From NCBI GenBank assembly GCA_028534125.1, contig CM052832.1, positions 34,658,001 through 34,722,000 of the forward strand: 64,000 bases of DNA. Reading direction: 5' to 3'. The stretch is from Lama glama. Lineage: Eukaryota. The notes beneath the pieces were generated by a model. The model saw nothing but the letters and a program-made list of their open reading frames with translations, did no database searches and was not told the DNA's origin. Both the position numbers and the translations under genes were made by a program. Below are positions 61,844-64,000 of this stretch, piece after piece (position 1 is the stretch's first letter; the number at the start of each line of letters is the position of its first letter).

Positions 61844-62974
61844 CTGTCACAGAAGAAAGAAGAGGTCATTTTAATATATTCTGCAAGGGAATTACTCCTA
61901 AAGGTTATAGCCAGAAAAAGACACAAAATGACTTGCATATTTCTTTCTTAAAACATCATAACTGACTACACCAGAATAATCTAGATCTAGGGAATTCAGG
62001 GTTGTTGCTTTTACATATTCTGCAGACAACTAAGTTTATTTCTGACTGGCACATCTTTTGATACAAAGTAGTCATGTATCCAGATGACTAAACATTACAG
62101 TCGATTGTTGCTGTTTAAAGGAAGCACAGCTGTGAAATCATTTTGTAGTTGGCACTTGTCAAGCTGCAGACCCTTAAGTTAGTCTCTCATGTGAAACATG
62201 TAACAAGAAAGATGTTTAAAATGGTTTTTAAAATTACTTCTTCATGATTACTAATCTAGGCTGAAATTAAATACAAAAACAACTTCCTATATAAGATATA
62301 GGAACCAGCCAGAGATGATTCAACCCTGAAGTCAAACAGCAGGGAATGGGTCCAGATGCAGACGTGGCTTTTAACGTCTAAATTTCACTTTATGGCAAAA
62401 CCAAAAATGCCATTGTCCGGAAATTCCAAACAAAACAGTCCGTAAGGTATCAGTTGGCTGTTGGATTATATGCATTTGCAGCTAAGGAGACGCCAAAATT
62501 TCATTCCCTTCCAGTGCTCCTACCTGTAGAAGACAGACTGAATGAACTGGGAGGCCAAGCCAGAACCCTTCTGCTAACCTACAAAACAGGGGTCTAGCAA
62601 AAAACAAGGGGGTAGACTCCCCCTCTGTCCCGGTCCCGGCCTGGGACAAGCTTTTTAAAATGACACAGAGTAAAACGGACTGAAAAAGCCAGTGATTAGT
62701 TACGATGTTTCTGGAGAATATCAACAACATGGAAAAAGCTCAGGATACAATATGAAGCATGGGGCCAGGGGAGCTGGTACCAAACTACAAATACAATATA
62801 AACTCAATTCGTAAGAACGAATGAAGATAAACACACATAGTGGGGAAAACTGCTACGAGGAATTAGCCCAAAGAGTGATAATCTTGAGATGGAATTACAA
62901 ATGTTTTTAACTGTTTCTTCTTTATACTTTGTGTGTGTGTATTCAACACAAGCAGTTATGGACGTTTAACACAC

Positions 62975-63113
62975 CCATGTGCTGACTGCCCGGGGTCTTG
63001 TTAAAGAGGCAGATTCCTGGGCTCCAACTTGGCCCAAGGTCTGCGGCAGGCTCGGGAGTCTGCACTTCTAATAGGCCTTGATGATCAAGCAGAAACGAAG
63101 AATCACTGCTCTA
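62975..63113. mobile_element. MER5A-like DNA transposon relic
   Basis: cttgttaaagaggcagattcctgggctcc...gagtctgcacttctaa...agaatcactgctcta. Confidence 0.7.
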
Positions 63114-64000
63114 AATACTCTGCAGTAAGCATGTAACTAACACGTTGGAAGTCAGGAAAAAAGTCTTTGAAAGTCATCACCACAACCTAACTTTACAATA
63201 TTTTCATCATACCATAAATATACTTCTGTAACACAGATTAAGATAAACAACAACAAAAACGTGGTTTGGGAATAAAATTAACCGTTTTTGAATACAACAG
63301 TCCTTGACGCCACAAATGAGAAAACTGGCTGCTGGGCTCCAAAGAAAACAGAAGCGACTCCTGGAGGTGCTTCTGCTCGGTCCTCCTTCCTACTTCATTG
63401 TAGCTCCGTCCACATACATGCGGCACTTTGGGGTTACTCTTTCCCACAAGCGCAGGCTCTGCCCACCCACATTTAAGTGCATAAGTGCTCAGCTAGAGCT
63501 ACTGCAGGATGACGTTCATTCTTCAGGCTGACAAGTGATGGATGCACGGCTGCCTGCAGCCACGGGCACCGTGGTAACGAGTGTGAATGCTGCCGGAAAA
63601 CTGGCCGTGGGCTCATCAGCTGGCCCACAGGCATGTGCATAAGCCTGGAGTTTCGTGCCAGCTCTCCCGGAAGTCTCAGGAGAACTTAGTCCTTTGTTGC
63701 TCAAACTGGGGTCTGCCAGGCAGCAGCACGGCCCCGGGTGGGAGTGAGCTGGAAAGGCAGACTGCCAGGCCCAAGGCAACCCACACGATCAGAATCTGCA
63801 CTTGAATAAGAGCCCCGGAGGCCTGGGCACACTGCACACACGGAGCCCCAGAGGGCCTCTGGTGACTGACCTTTGACCTGGTGCCAACAGTGCCCCTGCC
63901 CCAACGCAGCAGGTTGGTGCCATTTCTAGGCCAGAGCACAACTCCCAGTCTCTTGCAATCACAAATGCAACACGTCAGTACTAATAAAACGAACGGGAAG

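Noticed and set aside
61844-64000. DUSP22 exons 1-2 (MGNGMNK / ILPGLYIGNFK)
   Set aside because: No matching sequence was found; they lie beyond the window.

Overview
This is GC-rich mammalian genomic DNA, not prokaryotic. It is probably a camelid (alpaca/camel), judging by a camelid-type tRNA-derived SINE at ~12.9-13.0 kb. The only protein-coding gene I can support is DUSP22 (JSP-1/JKAP atypical dual-specificity phosphatase) on the minus strand. Coding exons 3-8 lie at 61761-61843, 43797-43846, 35468-35542, 33317-33488, 32704/32814-32886 and 31174-31211. All have GT-AG boundaries and consistent phases; exons 1-2 lie beyond the right edge. Both C-terminal isoforms can be reconstructed, and the short one has a TGA three codons before the apparent ancestral TAA. 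Positions ~1-30 kb are gene-free and hold L1 fragments with target-site duplications, an ERV1-type solo LTR, MLT1, MER20, MIR and L2 relics. By mammalian synteny this is probably the DUSP22-IRF4 interval. The hundreds of other ORFs look like GC-rich noise. I found no convincing novel biological system. The best leads are the truncated short isoform, AT-to-GC substitution bias reaching the DUSP22 C-terminus, and candidate IRF4 enhancer motifs. Human comparisons and repeat-family names are from memory and need alignment or RepeatMasker confirmation.
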